Assembly (NCBI RefSeq): GCF_009914755.1
Contig: NC_060927.1
DNA length: 64,000 nt
Source: the human T2T-CHM13v2.0 reference genome, Homo sapiens
Reading direction: 5' to 3' (one strand)
The position numbers were made by a program, and so were the translations under genes. How positions within the stretch are numbered: the stretch's first letter is position 1; the number at the start of each line of letters is the position of its first letter. Under the pieces are notes generated by a model that was given only the letters and a program-made list of their open reading frames with translations, did not search any database and was not told the DNA's origin. Of this stretch, positions 14,957 to 30,400 are shown in pieces.

Positions 14957-16410
14957 ATGGAGCAGGGATCACCCTCCACCTCACTTGACAAGGAGATACA
15001 AAACTATCAGTTCATAGACACCATCTGATAGGGAACTGGCTCAGCATAGGCCAACTGGGACCCAGGTTGCCATCTTGAAGACTTTCCATCACCCAAATAT
15101 CATTCAGCTCTTCCAGGTGGTGAGGGAGTAAACCAGAGGAGGAGAGTTGCACCACCAGATATACCACTATGGCCACATCGAGGAGGAAGAGGAGGCCCGG
15201 ACCATGTTCAGGCAGATTCTGTCAGCCCTGCAGTACTGCCACTTAAAAAAAAAAAAAAAATCACACATCCAGACCTAAAGCCACAAAACATCCTATTCAA
15301 AGAATGAGGCAACATACATTGTGGACTTTGGCTTCAGTACAACATTCAGAGAGGGGCAGATGCTGACAGCTTTTTGTGGCATGTACCCCTACGTGGCCCC
15401 AGAACGCTCCCTGGGCCAGGCATGCCAGTGACCCGCCAGGGACATACAAAGCCTCAGTGTCATACTGTATTTCAGGAATACAGTAGGTAGAAGGGCCAGG
15501 ACTTTGCCCTTTTACTCAGGGAAGCCTCCAAACTTCAAGAAAAAATTCTCACAGGAAGATACCATGCCCCACCACTTCTTGCCCTTCAACTTGACTCATT
15601 AAAAAATTACTAATGCTGAACGCCAGGAAGTGTCCTTCACTGTAACTGATGAAAAATCCATGGGTGAAAAGTAGCCAGAAGATGCCACTGATACCATACG
15701 AAGAGCCACTCCTGGACCACCCCAAACAATCCAGCTCATGGTGGCCATGGGATTTCAGGCCAAGAACATCTCTGTGGCAATCATAGAAAGAAAATTCAAC
15801 TATCCCATGGCCACCTACCTCATTTTAGAGCACACAAAACAAGAGAGGAAGTGCTCCACCATCAGAGAACTGTCCCTTCCTCCCGGGGTTCCCACCTCTC
15901 CTTCCCCATCCACTGAACTTTCCACCTTCCCTCTCTCACTGATGCGGGCTCATAGGGAGCCAGCTTTTAACGTTCAGCCTCCCGAAGAAAGCCAGATGTC
16001 AGGGCAGAAGACCGCCATTCTTGCCAGTACACCTGCCAGCCTACAGAGGAAGCCAGATCGGGGAAGCCAGGAAGTTTTAGTGAAGCCCCCAGCATGACCC
16101 TATTGTCTCCCCTTTCACCCAGAGCACCAGCAACTGGTGAAGTCTTAGAAACGTCCCTGATACACCAAAAACCATCCCAGGAAGCCAGCATCGTCCAAGC
16201 TGAGAAGTCCAAGCTGAGAAGCCTGAGGCTGTGACGTCAGCCTGCTCGGCAAGAAGCTGGGGCTGCCGCAGGGTTGCCAGGAGATAGATGCCTTTGCATA
16301 CTATTAAAATATTTTTGCCTGTCTCTACCAAAGAAAAGGAGGAATAAGATCGCCCCAACATAGTTGCATGGCTGAAGACAAAAATCAAGTCGTTGTGGTG
16401 GTCAAGCCAC
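14957..16410 (+). pseudogene. MARK/Smok-like kinase pseudogene, unit B
   Basis: Motifs HPNIIQLFQV, MFRQILSALQYCH, PDLKPQN, VDFGFS, FCGMYPYVAPE and UBA-like MVAMGFQAKNIS...YPMATYLIL. Tail and 3' region homologous to 13200-13430. Disrupted. Confidence 0.9.
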
Positions 16411-16439
16411 AATTCCTGCATTTTACATTTCTTCTGTCT

Positions 16440-16800
16440 TTATTGTATTGCTTCAATTGGCAAATCATGCTTGTATTCATTCATGGGGTACAATGTGGAA
16501 TGAGGAAATCCCACTACTTAGCATCTCCACTACCTCAGAGAGACCAATTCCACGTGAGGTCCCAGAAGTGTTGATCTAAACAAGTTGACCCCATAGAAGT
16601 AGCAAGTAGATCGATGGTGACCAGGGGTCAGAGAGTGGCAGAGGGAGGGAATGGGAGGGGGGTTGTCAGTTAAAGGACCAAAGTCTCAGGGAGGAGGAAG
16701 AGGTTTTGACATGTAGTGCACAGCAGAGTGACCAGAGTCAATGAGAATGTGTTGCATTTTGCAAAACACCTGAGAGAGTCCATGTCAAATGTCTCTCTGC
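16440..16800. mobile_element. L1M 3' UTR fragments
   Basis: Degenerate L1MA-type tracts (ttcatggggtacaatgtg; catagaagtagcaagtagatcgatggtgaccagggg...gcacagcagagtgacc). Confidence 0.55.
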
Positions 16801-19800
16801 ATTTAGATTGGAGAGGACGAAGGCCCTGAGGTCCAAGAACATTGAAACCTGACAGTGGATGCCAATGGCTGTGGGGAGGAGCTGGGCGAGGCGCCCAGGT
16901 TGTCGTCTGCCCGGCAACGTGGGAGCCTGCAGCACTTTCCTGCAAAGCTCTATTTTATCTTTTTAAATAAAAATGGTTACTGATAAGTGACCGGTTCTTG
17001 CAAATCTTGTAGTAACATTAGGTGGCAAATGGGTCACAGACACTCTGCTGCTTTGCACCCTCTTTGCACAGAACGAGGGCTGTGCACACCCTAGTTTAGG
17101 CGGCATGCAGTCAAGGATTCCTGTCAGTTACTCAGAAAAACTGCAAGAAAAAGCCACCTCAGAGAAGTATCAGGGTGACCCCACCCACAGCAAATCATTA
17201 GTAGTGGCTCTGAAGGGCTGAGGCTCTGAGCAGGTGCAGGGTAGAGTCCCACACATTGTTCATGGCTTCCCCACACTCACACTACCTGGTGAACATTTTC
17301 AGAAGGACCAGCAGCCCCTTCAGGTCCCGTCTGCCTGTGTCAATCATGCTGAGAGGTCCCCAGGAGGATCCTGAAGCCCTGGGAACCAGACTGTGCTGGG
17401 GTCAGTGGCGGGGTGTGGTCCCCAAAGTGCCTTAGGGGGCCACTTGTTCTGCTGGGCTCCTGGCTGTCTAGTGTGGCATTGGCCTTTCTGCTTCGATGGT
17501 TTCTTCTTTTGATAACAGTGGCATGAAGCGCTCCCCCTCAGAGGCCTGACGTAGGAGTGCTTCTGGGTGAGGCAGGCATCCTGGGTGTCAGGGGAGGGTT
17601 GATGGCAAGACACAGCAGCAGCCCTGAGGGATGGAGGGGGTGGTGGGAATGGGGGCTTTCATAAGGTAGGTTCCAGCTTCCCAGGAACCCGGTTTGTCCG
17701 TGTCTGGCAGTGAATCTGTGGGTGCAGATGCCCATCAGCACCCATCAAGGAGCTTCCTTGTGGGTTCCTAATGAGCTTGAGGTAGGTCCAGAAGGCCCCA
17801 CCCTTGTGCATGGCCGGCATCTGAGTGTGGCAACCTTGAACATTTGGTTACCCTACCCACTACTGATGGTGGCCAGGGTCAGTCCTGGAGTTCCCCCAGT
17901 CAGATAAGATTCTCCTTCCCCAATAAAGAACAGGACCAGGAAGCAAGAAGCAGGCTCAGGAGAGGGTGGGAGTGTTATAGGGCTCCTTGTCTCCCCAGTG
18001 AGCTGCTGTCCTTTAAATCCACATTGGGGATGAAGGTCCCTCAGGTGTCAATACTGGATGTCCCTCCACCCAATGCCAGTTTGTACCCCCAGAAAGAGGG
18101 CCCCTGTGGGTTCTGCTTGAGCTCCCCAAGGGCCCATCAGAGTCTGTCCCTCCACCTTGCTGCTGTGCCCCCTCTGGAAGTGCTGTCCTGTGAGAGGGCA
18201 CATTCCCCAGGCGTGGCTTTTACTATCACTGGACGAGGCCAGAATTCTTTCTGGCTGTGACCTGTGGTAGAGCTTGACATCTCCTCTTCAGAAGCCAGGG
18301 CTTCCAGCCCATAGAGCTGGGCTGGGTCAAGGGACTATAGGGAAGGGGCTCCAGGCACCAGGGCAAAAACCCACAAACAGAGAAGGTCCTTTCAAGTGTC
18401 TACCTGGGCCGGCATGCAGGCCGGGCAACCTTGGCTTGTTCATCTCCCTTTGCTGCCAGCAGCCTCCATATGGCAGACATTCTTCTCCTGGGGGGCTGAC
18501 AGCCATGGAGGGTGGGGAGCAGGCCTCAGCAGGGCGGGTTCCCAAAAGACAGCCCAGAGAGCAGGGTCAGATAGTGGGGGGTGGGTTCAGCTCCACTGTC
18601 CAGGTGAGGAAACTGAGGCTGAAGAGAGATCAAGTAGCATCCCCAGCGAAATCTGGCCAGGAACAGATGGCAAAGATTTGCTGTTTACCCCGTCCCAGGC
18701 TGCCCCGCACCCACATAGCCACTTCCCAGTACTCTGCTTTGTCCCCATTCTCAGGTTCTGAAGTCATCCTGTTTTACACCTGTCACCCCTACTGGAACAG
18801 GGACCTTGCCTCCCTGACAGCCACACATCTCTGGCACCCAGGAGGCCCTCAATCAGTATTTGTGCAATCAGTGAGACCCTGGGATTCAAGCCCGAGGTGT
18901 GTCTGCAGAGCATTGGAAATGCAGCCCTGAGTCCGTCCCCAAGGTTGCCTGATAGAGCAGGCCTGGGGACCGGCAGGGGAAGCGGATGCCTACCGTGACT
19001 CTCGGGAAGACTGGTGGGACTATCACTAAGCTTATTTGCCTGTCCAATCTTGGGGATCCTGAGCTCCCTACTGGGCAAGCTCATAGGGGTTCGGCTCCGC
19101 TTACGGGTCTCTGGCTCTACCTCCCAGTTCCGGCTCCGACTCAGCCCAGCCTGGGCGGGGCCGTTGGCCGTTGGGAGCCACGCCCCCCGCTGCGTCACTG
19201 CCACCTGGTCCCGCCCCTGTCTCCATGACCGCTGGACCAGATGTCAGCAGCTGCTCCAGAGCCTGGTGCATATATATCTTCTATATACTTGCTAGTATCT
19301 GTCCCCTTTCCCCCCAGACCTCCTCCTGTGCAACACGGAATGATGAAAATCTAGAAACAGGAATCTCACTCCCGGCCTAGCCAGGACTCAGGTTTTGTGA
19401 AGGGGTATGAGGCGGGAGGAAAAGCAAACCCCACCAAACCAACACCTAGTCTAGAGCCTGATCAAAGTGCCACTCAAAGCACGATTCCTCCCTTTACTTT
19501 CCTATAACCCGAGAATTCTTCCTGAAAAAGGTGGCCCCTGAGAACCATCTAGAAGCATCACGGGGTGGAGGGGCAAGGGCCCTGAGAGCTGCTCTTGCCA
19601 TCCCTTGTCCCAGTTTTCTTGAAGCCGAGTTCCAGAGAAGAGGCGGGGCCCGTGGGGCGTTTGGATTACACTCCCAGTCCAATTCACAGTCCAGCAATCC
19701 TGCCCTCAGAGGCTCCCTTCATCTGTCCACTTGGCAAAGGAAGGGGCGGGTCAGCCCACGCCCCCTGTCTGGCTGCAGACGACAACCATCAGAAGGGTGT

Positions 19801-20779
19801 CTGTGTAGCCGGGGCCCCAGAACCATGTCTGCGTGGAAAGGGCCCAAGAACCTGGAGCCCTTTCGGTTCAAGAAGAGCGTGAGGGACCCAGCCCCCTTCT
19901 GAAACCTATACCGCATTCTGGCCTGTGCCCTAGAAGGTTGTGAAGGCCTCTAAGTGGGTCCTCCTGCTTCCCCATCTTCTAAGGCCCAGGCCTTTTTCAG
20001 AGCCTCCGTGGGTCCCACCCCTGCACCCATCACATGGTGTCTGGTCCCCCCTGCCTGCCTGGCTCACACCCCCCGCCTTCACCTACTGCCCTATTTTTAT
20101 CCCTGGGACACCCCACTGGGCACTGCTCTTCCCTATCTTAAAAGACTTTCGGCCGGGCGCGGTGGCTCACGCCTGTAATCCCAGCACTTTGGGAGGCCGA
20201 GGCAGGCGGATCACAAGGTCAGGAGATCGAGACCATCCTGGCTAACACGGTGAAACCCCGTCTCTACTAAAAATACAAAAAAATTAGCTGGGCGTGGTGG
20301 CGGGCTCCTGTAGTCCCAGCTACTCCGGAGGCTGAGGCGGAGCTTGCAGCGAGCCGAGATCGCGCCACTGCACTCCATCCTGGGCAACAGAGCGAGACTC
20401 GTCTAAAAAAAAAAAAAAACTTTCACAGGCCTTGATCATCCCTTTTGTCAATCTAGTTAATGTCACCTCCTCAGAGAAGCCCTCCCTGAGCACCCCATCT
20501 GCAGTAGGTCACCCCCATCTTCCACCATCACTTTTCCTGGTGTTTCCGTCATAGCCCCCACCTCTATGGGGAGTTTTCTGCACTGATAGACTAGACTCCC
20601 TCCCCCACTCAGTGGCCAGCGTGTCTGTCTTCTCTGTCCCTGCACACAGCAAATGCTCAATGTTCACTTGTTGGCATGAATGAAACAGGAAGGCCCCTGA
20701 GGTGCTAGGACTGGGAGCCCTTCACCCCAGGTGAGGAAGGAGCCTTAGGGGGAGAGGACCCGAGTTAGTGCCCCCTCCC

Positions 20780-21450
20780 CACCCTGAGGGTCAGCCCGGG
20801 GCAGGGCTGGTCACTGCGCCTTGAGGAGCCTCTCCCCTATGCCCTTGATGGGTGGCCCGCAGGGGACGCGGCCGCACTCGGTCACCTGTGGTCCTGGAGC
20901 AGCCGCGCCCGGCGGGCGGCACTTAACGAAGGACAAACTCCAAAACCCAGGCCTCCAAAGGACCCATGGGAAGATCCGGGGGCTCAGGGGAGTGACCCCA
21001 AGCTGCGGGGGGTGACCCTCACCTGAGGCCTCTGGAGGCGCTGAGTGGGCCGGAAGCCGCGGGAGCCGCGGGACCCGCAGAGAGTGCCCGCCTGTGTTGG
21101 GGCAGCAGCGCCTGGAAGGAGGCGGCCCCGGCCGCCCGCAGAGCTCCGCCTCCCAGGCCGCGCTCTGTGTCTTTGTCCAGGCTGGGAGGGGCCGATGGCC
21201 GTTAAAAGCCCCGCCCGCCGCCGCTCACCGCCGCCTGGCCCCACCCCCGTATCCATGGAGACCCGACGCCGCCGGACTGCCTGTCAGCTGCAGCTCGGTA
21301 GCCTGGGGCCCGCCCCGTTCGCCCGGTCTGTCTTCCGCGGGCCATGCTACCCAAGCTGACTCCGACTGGAGTCACTGGGATACCTGTCCACGCCTCCTCT
21401 CCTGGGCCACTTCCCTGCGGGGCGGGCAGTAGGGCAGGGCGGGGTGGGAA
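20780..21450. promoter_or_regulatory. CpG island / promoter module of the kinase-pseudogene array
   Basis: Dense CpG and GC boxes (gccccgccc, ggggcggg). Strong minus-strand donor CAG|GTGAGG at 21023/21022. Confidence 0.75.
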
Positions 21451-21889
21451 TCTGTTGTACTCAGGGAAGGGAATTGCCCCCAGGCCCAGAGAGTTTGGAG
21501 CCTGGGGTACTGCCACCAACAGCCCAGAACTCTCCCAGCTGGGCACCACCCCCCCACACCCGCCGCCAGAGTCTTCCTGCAGCAAGGCTCTCTTCAGGAG
21601 GGGCTGTGAATGTTTCCCCGGGGTGGGGCTAAGCCAGAGCCCAGAGGTTAGCCCCTGGGGCACGGATCCCCCAGGTCACTCACTTCCCACGGGCTGCAGT
21701 GAAGGAGGCTCTGAGGGGAGGATGGCCGGTTTTTCCCCTGCAAGGGAAGGCATTCCTGCTCTGGGGACTGCCTCCCTCTCCCTCTTCTGCCAGCCACCGC
21801 AGAAACTTGGCCAAGCTGACCACTCTGTCAGTGATCTCTGCCAGGGAGGCTGAAAAACATCCAGCCCCACCCGTGGTCCCTTCCTGCCT

Positions 21890-22345
21890 CAGGCTATGTG
21901 ACAGTATGACTGCCCACCTATTTCTTCGTTTCCACTGGAAACACTAGTAAAACAATTCCTCAGCCTCGACCCCAGGGAGTGGCCCCCACTAAACCAGCTG
22001 ACGTGGGACCCCTGGGTCAATGCTGGCCAGAAGACACTGCTGACACCATACAGAGACCCTGGACACCTATGCCCCCTACAACCCTGGTAATGGTGGCCAT
22101 GGGATTCCAAGCAGCACACATCTCGGAATCAATATTCTCCCCAACAAAAAATACATATGTGATTATCCCATGGCCACGTACCTAATCCTGGGGTAGAGAA
22201 AAGTACAGAGGAGGAAGCGCTCCATCATTGGAGCACAGCCCTTCCTCCTGGGGGTCCCACCTGTTCTTCCCCATCTGACAAAGTCTGCCTTCCTTGTGGA
22301 ACCAAAGAGGGCTCAAAGGGAGCCAGCTGTTCCCACTTTTAATTT
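21890..22345 (+). pseudogene. MARK/Smok-like fragment, unit C (end of kinase C-lobe plus UBA)
   Basis: LSLDPREWPPL...WDPWVN and TLVMVAMGFQA, homologous to 14200-14560. Confidence 0.8.
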
Positions 22346-22384
22346 TTGACTGCCCAAGGACGGCGAGAAGTGAAGGCAGAAGAC

Positions 22385-23944
<1,560 letters not shown>

Positions 23945-24166
23945 TGATCTGCCCACCTCGGCCTCCCAAAGTGCTGGGATTACAGGCGTGAGCCACCGCG
24001 CCCGGCCAATTTCTTAGTCATATTTACATCCTTCTGTGTTTCTGAAAGTACACACAAAAACAAGATGGTGTTTGCTTCTGAAGGAATCAGATGGGGTTAG
24101 ATGAGTAATTATGTTTACCCTTTGGAACAGCTTAAATGTTTTACCTTGCTGATATATTTCTTCTTC

Positions 24167-24192
24167 ACACACACATACACACACACACACAC
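24167..24192 (+). repeat. (CA)n microsatellite
   Basis: Direct reading. Confidence 0.9.
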
Positions 24193-24445
24193 AGTTTAAA
24201 AATCTAAGCCAGATATAAAAGACTATATGATTCATAATTTTCTAAATACTTTTTTTAATTTACAAAAATAGAAATAAAAATTTTTAAGATATATCATTCT
24301 ATTTACATGACATTTTAGAAAAGTCTATTTACATGACTATAAAGGGACAGATGGCAGCTTTCTGGTTTGCCAGAAATGGTGGTTACATAACTGTATAAAT
24401 TTGCCAAAACTTATTGAAAGACATACTTGTAAATAATACATTTTA

Positions 24446-25218
<773 letters not shown>

Positions 25219-25967
25219 TTACAGACCCCCGGGATTTAGAATCCTCCTTCTGAAAGGCGTCCTGTGCACTCGTGAGCACCAGCCTGAACAGATGAAAAGG
25301 CTGAGCTGGAGGGGCTGGGACACAGCCCACCTTGACGACAGCTGCTCCTGGCTGTGCGGGGGGGTCTCCAGGAAAGGCCATTCTCCCACTAGGATCGCCA
25401 GGCCCTACTGAGGCTCAAGCTCCTTTGCTGTTTGGAATCTTCCCTCCCCAGCCCCCCAGCCTCATCAAAGGCTGCCTTTTCCTGTTCACTGACCACAGCT
25501 GCTTTGACTCCATTAGCCTCGAGCTCCTGGAAGAAAAGGAAGAACGTTGTTTTCCCTGGGCTCAATGCCAAGAGACCGTGGGCAGTTGCTCAAGATTCAC
25601 TTGTGAAACTCCGGATCCCAGGAGGAGGGAAGCTTGGGACAAATACCGAGCCTCCCACCCCCACTCCAACTCTGTTACTGAGCACTTTACGGAAGGAGCA
25701 CGTAGGCCCCGCCACAGCTTCGGCAAGGGTGGACTGGGATAGATTCTGTGCTAATACAAACATCAGGCCTCCCTGCCAGACGGCCCACCCCATGGAGCCA
25801 GCCTGACACCAGGCCAGCCTCCAGCCACAACTGCAAGAGAAGGAGAGCCCAGAATAGCAGGCCCTCTTCAGTGAGCTTCAGCAGCTTCACCCACAGGTTG
25901 CAGGGTTTGGGTCCGCTGCCAGAAATAGCTCCCAGACCATCTTTGGTAATACAGACCTTTGCCTTAG

Positions 25968-26372
<405 letters not shown>

Positions 26373-27039
26373 TGAGTTGTCCAATATTGGAAAATGCCAG
26401 CTCACACTGATGAGAAGCTCCTACTCTTTGGGGCTACCTATGAGCCCACTTTGAAATCCCGAGGTTGAAAGTCCTGAACATGAAAGATAAGCTGTCTGGC
26501 AAGTTAGGATGGGCATTGACGGGGAAATGCCTTACAGCTTGAGTAGTACTTTTTCACCTAACCACTTAAATGGTTATTATAAAACGGGACACTGAGAAAT
26601 TAGAAGAGTGACTTAATCCCACCTGCTCAATTGAAGCTCCTCTGATAGGTGAATTTAATTAGGAAATTGTTACTTATGGTATCAATTACATGGTCAGCTC
26701 AAGCCTCAAATTTAGCCGACTTTAGTTTCAAAATCAAATGCAATTTTTTTTTTTTTTTTGAGACAGAGTCTCGCTCTGTCGCCCAGGCTGGAGTGCAGTA
26801 GTGCGATCTCGCCTCACTGTAAGCTCCGCCTCCTGGGTTCACGCCATTCTCCTGCCTCAGCCTCTCCGAGTAGCTGGGACTACAGGCACCCGCCACCACG
26901 CCTGGCTAATTTTTTTTTTGTATTTTTAGTAGAGACAGGGTTTCACTGTGGTCTCGATCTCCCAACCTCGTGATCCGCCCGCCTGGGCCTCCCAAAGTGC
27001 TGGGATTACAGGCGTGAGCCACTGCACCCGGCCTGCAAA

Positions 27040-27208
27040 TTTTTTTTTTTTTTTTTTTTTTATACTTTAAGTTTTAGGGTACATGTGCACAATGTGCAGG
27101 TTAGTTACCTATGTATACATGTGACATGCTGGTGCGCTGCACCCACTAACTCGTCATCTAGCACTAGGTATATCTCCCAATGCTATCCCTCCCCCCTCCC
27201 CCCACCCC
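27040..27208 (-). mobile_element. 5'-truncated L1PA (PA3/PA4-like) 3' end
   Basis: poly(T) followed by tatactttaagttttagggtacatgtgcacaatgtgcagg...ctaactcgtcatctagc (GAG-type diagnostic, not ACA). Confidence 0.9.
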
Positions 27209-27489
27209 TGCAATTTTGTTTTTTAAAGAGCCTGGGCTCTTGCTATTGTGCCCCGGGCTGGCCTTGAACTCCTGGTCTCAAGGGATGCTCCCACCACAGC
27301 CTGCTGAGTAGCTGGGACTGCAGGCACGTGTCACTGTGCTCAGCTTTTTTTTTTTTTCCCCCCTTTGGTAGAAAAACTATTATTTGTAATCTTATGTTAT
27401 GGAGAATAGTTTGACAACAGATTCATCTCTTCCTTTAGCCCTCTCCAACCTTCCAGCTAGAACCCCACCCCAAAGAACACAGGCAAAGA

Positions 27490-28071
27490 TACATCAGCAT
27501 CAATAATTTATTGCAAACTCCCTAATATCACATGCTAGTATGCTTGCGAATTCACTCACGAATGTTCTGGGATGGGGGCCAGAAGGTAGAGAGCACCATG
27601 AAAGTACAGCCTGTGAGGCCGGACTGCTGAGGGGCAGACTTCATGCCAATGGAGGGACAGACTTCAGGACCAGTCTGGATGGGCTAAGCTACCTTGGGCA
27701 GGAAGGAGCTGGGCCAGGCCAGGAGCCTGAGGTTCTCCTTTGGCCAACCCACCCCAGGTTTCCAGCCCCTCCTCCTCACTCAGGGTCCTGTGTGGTGAGG
27801 GAGGTGTCGGGAGGTTAGCGGCTCTACAGCTGCCAGGCTTGTGGCCACTACCAGTTGAGCGTGGGGCCCCTAGTCTAGTCCTTCACTGGGGAAAGCTAGG
27901 GCTTGGGCTTTCACTGCAGTATCTTCAGACAGGTCGGGATGAGGGATGAGGCCTTGCCCTTGGGGGGATGCCCGTCCTCTGTGGCATCGAGGAGCTGCTG
28001 CAGGTAACAGGAGGTGAAGCAGCACGTGGCCCGTGGCTTGCATGCTGAAAAGGGCCCAGTGGAGAGCTTCC
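27490..28071 (-). pseudogene. CIDECP1: CIDEC terminal exon copy with a 2-nt frameshift deletion
   Basis: Acceptor tccacccag|G, then EALHWALFSMQATGHVLL, a frameshift, and TSCYLQQLLDATEDGHPPKGKASSLIPTCLKILQ* (TGA 27913-27911). AATAAA at 27512-27507. Confidence 0.92.
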
Positions 28072-28176
28072 CTGGGTGGAATGAGAGGGCACGCAAGTCA
28101 AAACCACGAAGTAGGTTGGGCGTAGTGGCTCATGCCTGTAATCCTAACACTTTGGGAGGCCGTGGTGGGTGAGTCA

Positions 28177-28466
<290 letters not shown>

Positions 28467-28499
28467 TCAGTGGCTCACGCCTGTAATCCTAGCACTTTA

Positions 28500-28733
<234 letters not shown>

Positions 28734-30084
28734 TCAAAAACAAGTAAGAATAAAACATAAGTGTACACCTCCCTACAACCCATTATTCCCATGTTGGCCT
28801 GGAAGGGATTGGTTTCATTATGTTTGTTTTCTTCATTAATAACATTTGAATACCACTGAGGTGGTAGCACTAAAAGCATTTCATCAATTCTAGAGCAATG
28901 TGCAAATAGGAACAGATGCTGCAGATGGGATCAGGATTAGGGCGAGGACCTGCAATTCCACCTTAACTGAGATGCCCGGAACCTCCCTACTTTCTCATGC
29001 AAAACCCCAGCTCATTTCATATGGCTTTCTATTTTTCTACTACTACTTTGGTCCAGCCAGATTAATCTCCATAATGTGGCTCTGCCCTTGAGACACTCTG
29101 TTCTAGACTCTGAGGCCTTTCTAAGTCACCTGCAGTCTAGCTCATGTTCAGAGTGCTGGACATGAAGACATCCATGCCTGGCATGAGCATGTACTGAGAA
29201 CTGAACCTGAATCAGGCAGGCCTAAGTCCTAATCCAGTCTTATTAGCTGGGTGAACTTCAGCAAACTGCTCTAGTTTTGAGCTTCAGCTCCCTCATGGGT
29301 AAAATGGGATTGCACCTGCCACCCAGGGTCATAAGGCTGAAATAGCATAAAGCAATTAACGTGGGGTTGGATATTTGAAAAGTAGGGGAAATGGGGAAGC
29401 GGGGGCAGGTTCAAGAGCAGCTGGTTGAATGCTAGACAACTTTGGCTAGGTGCACTGGCTCAGGCCTATAATTCCAGCATTTTGGGAGGCCGAGGAGGAT
29501 GGCTTGAGGCCAGGAGTTTGAGACCAGCCTGGTCTAGTGAGACCTTGTCTCTACAAAAGTATTAAAGAACTAGCCAAGCATGGTAGCACACACTTGTGCT
29601 ACTCAGGAGGATCACTTGAGCCTACGAGGTTAAGGCTGCAGTGAGCCATGATTGCACCACTGCACTGTAGCCTAGATGACAGAGTGAGACGCTGTCTCTA
29701 AAAAAATATAAAGAATGCTAGATAATTTTAATCAAATTCTTACCAAATCTGTTTGAAAGGGGAATGTGAGGGTCACTCGAGGTGTCTAGTCCTAAGTGAG
29801 ATAGGGGAGTGGAAAATAAAAGGCAAAGAAATGTTACCTGGCTGTTGTTCAAACTTTAGTCTTTTATTAACATTCATTCAATAAGTGAATTTATGGTCTG
29901 ACTGGGGTGTGGGTGGCAGAAAGACTTAGAACTATTCACATCTACACAAGAGAATACTTTATATTTTCAAGGTTATAACTTAGAAGTATACCCACTTCTC
30001 AAATTAAGGAACTGAGGCTGACAACCTAGCTGACCAGCCTTAAAAAGGAATGAAATTCTGAGGTCGGCCAGGCGTGGTGGCTCA

Positions 30085-30400
<316 letters not shown>

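Noticed and set aside
19825-19880. Exon-like ATG...MSAWKGPKNLEPFRFKKS followed by gtgagg
   Set aside because: Looks like a first coding exon, but I could not identify a homolog or a downstream partner exon.
17344-21950. Many overlapping ORFs up to 218 aa in the GC-rich block
   Set aside because: Expected from high GC content. No recognisable domains, and many start at non-ATG codons.
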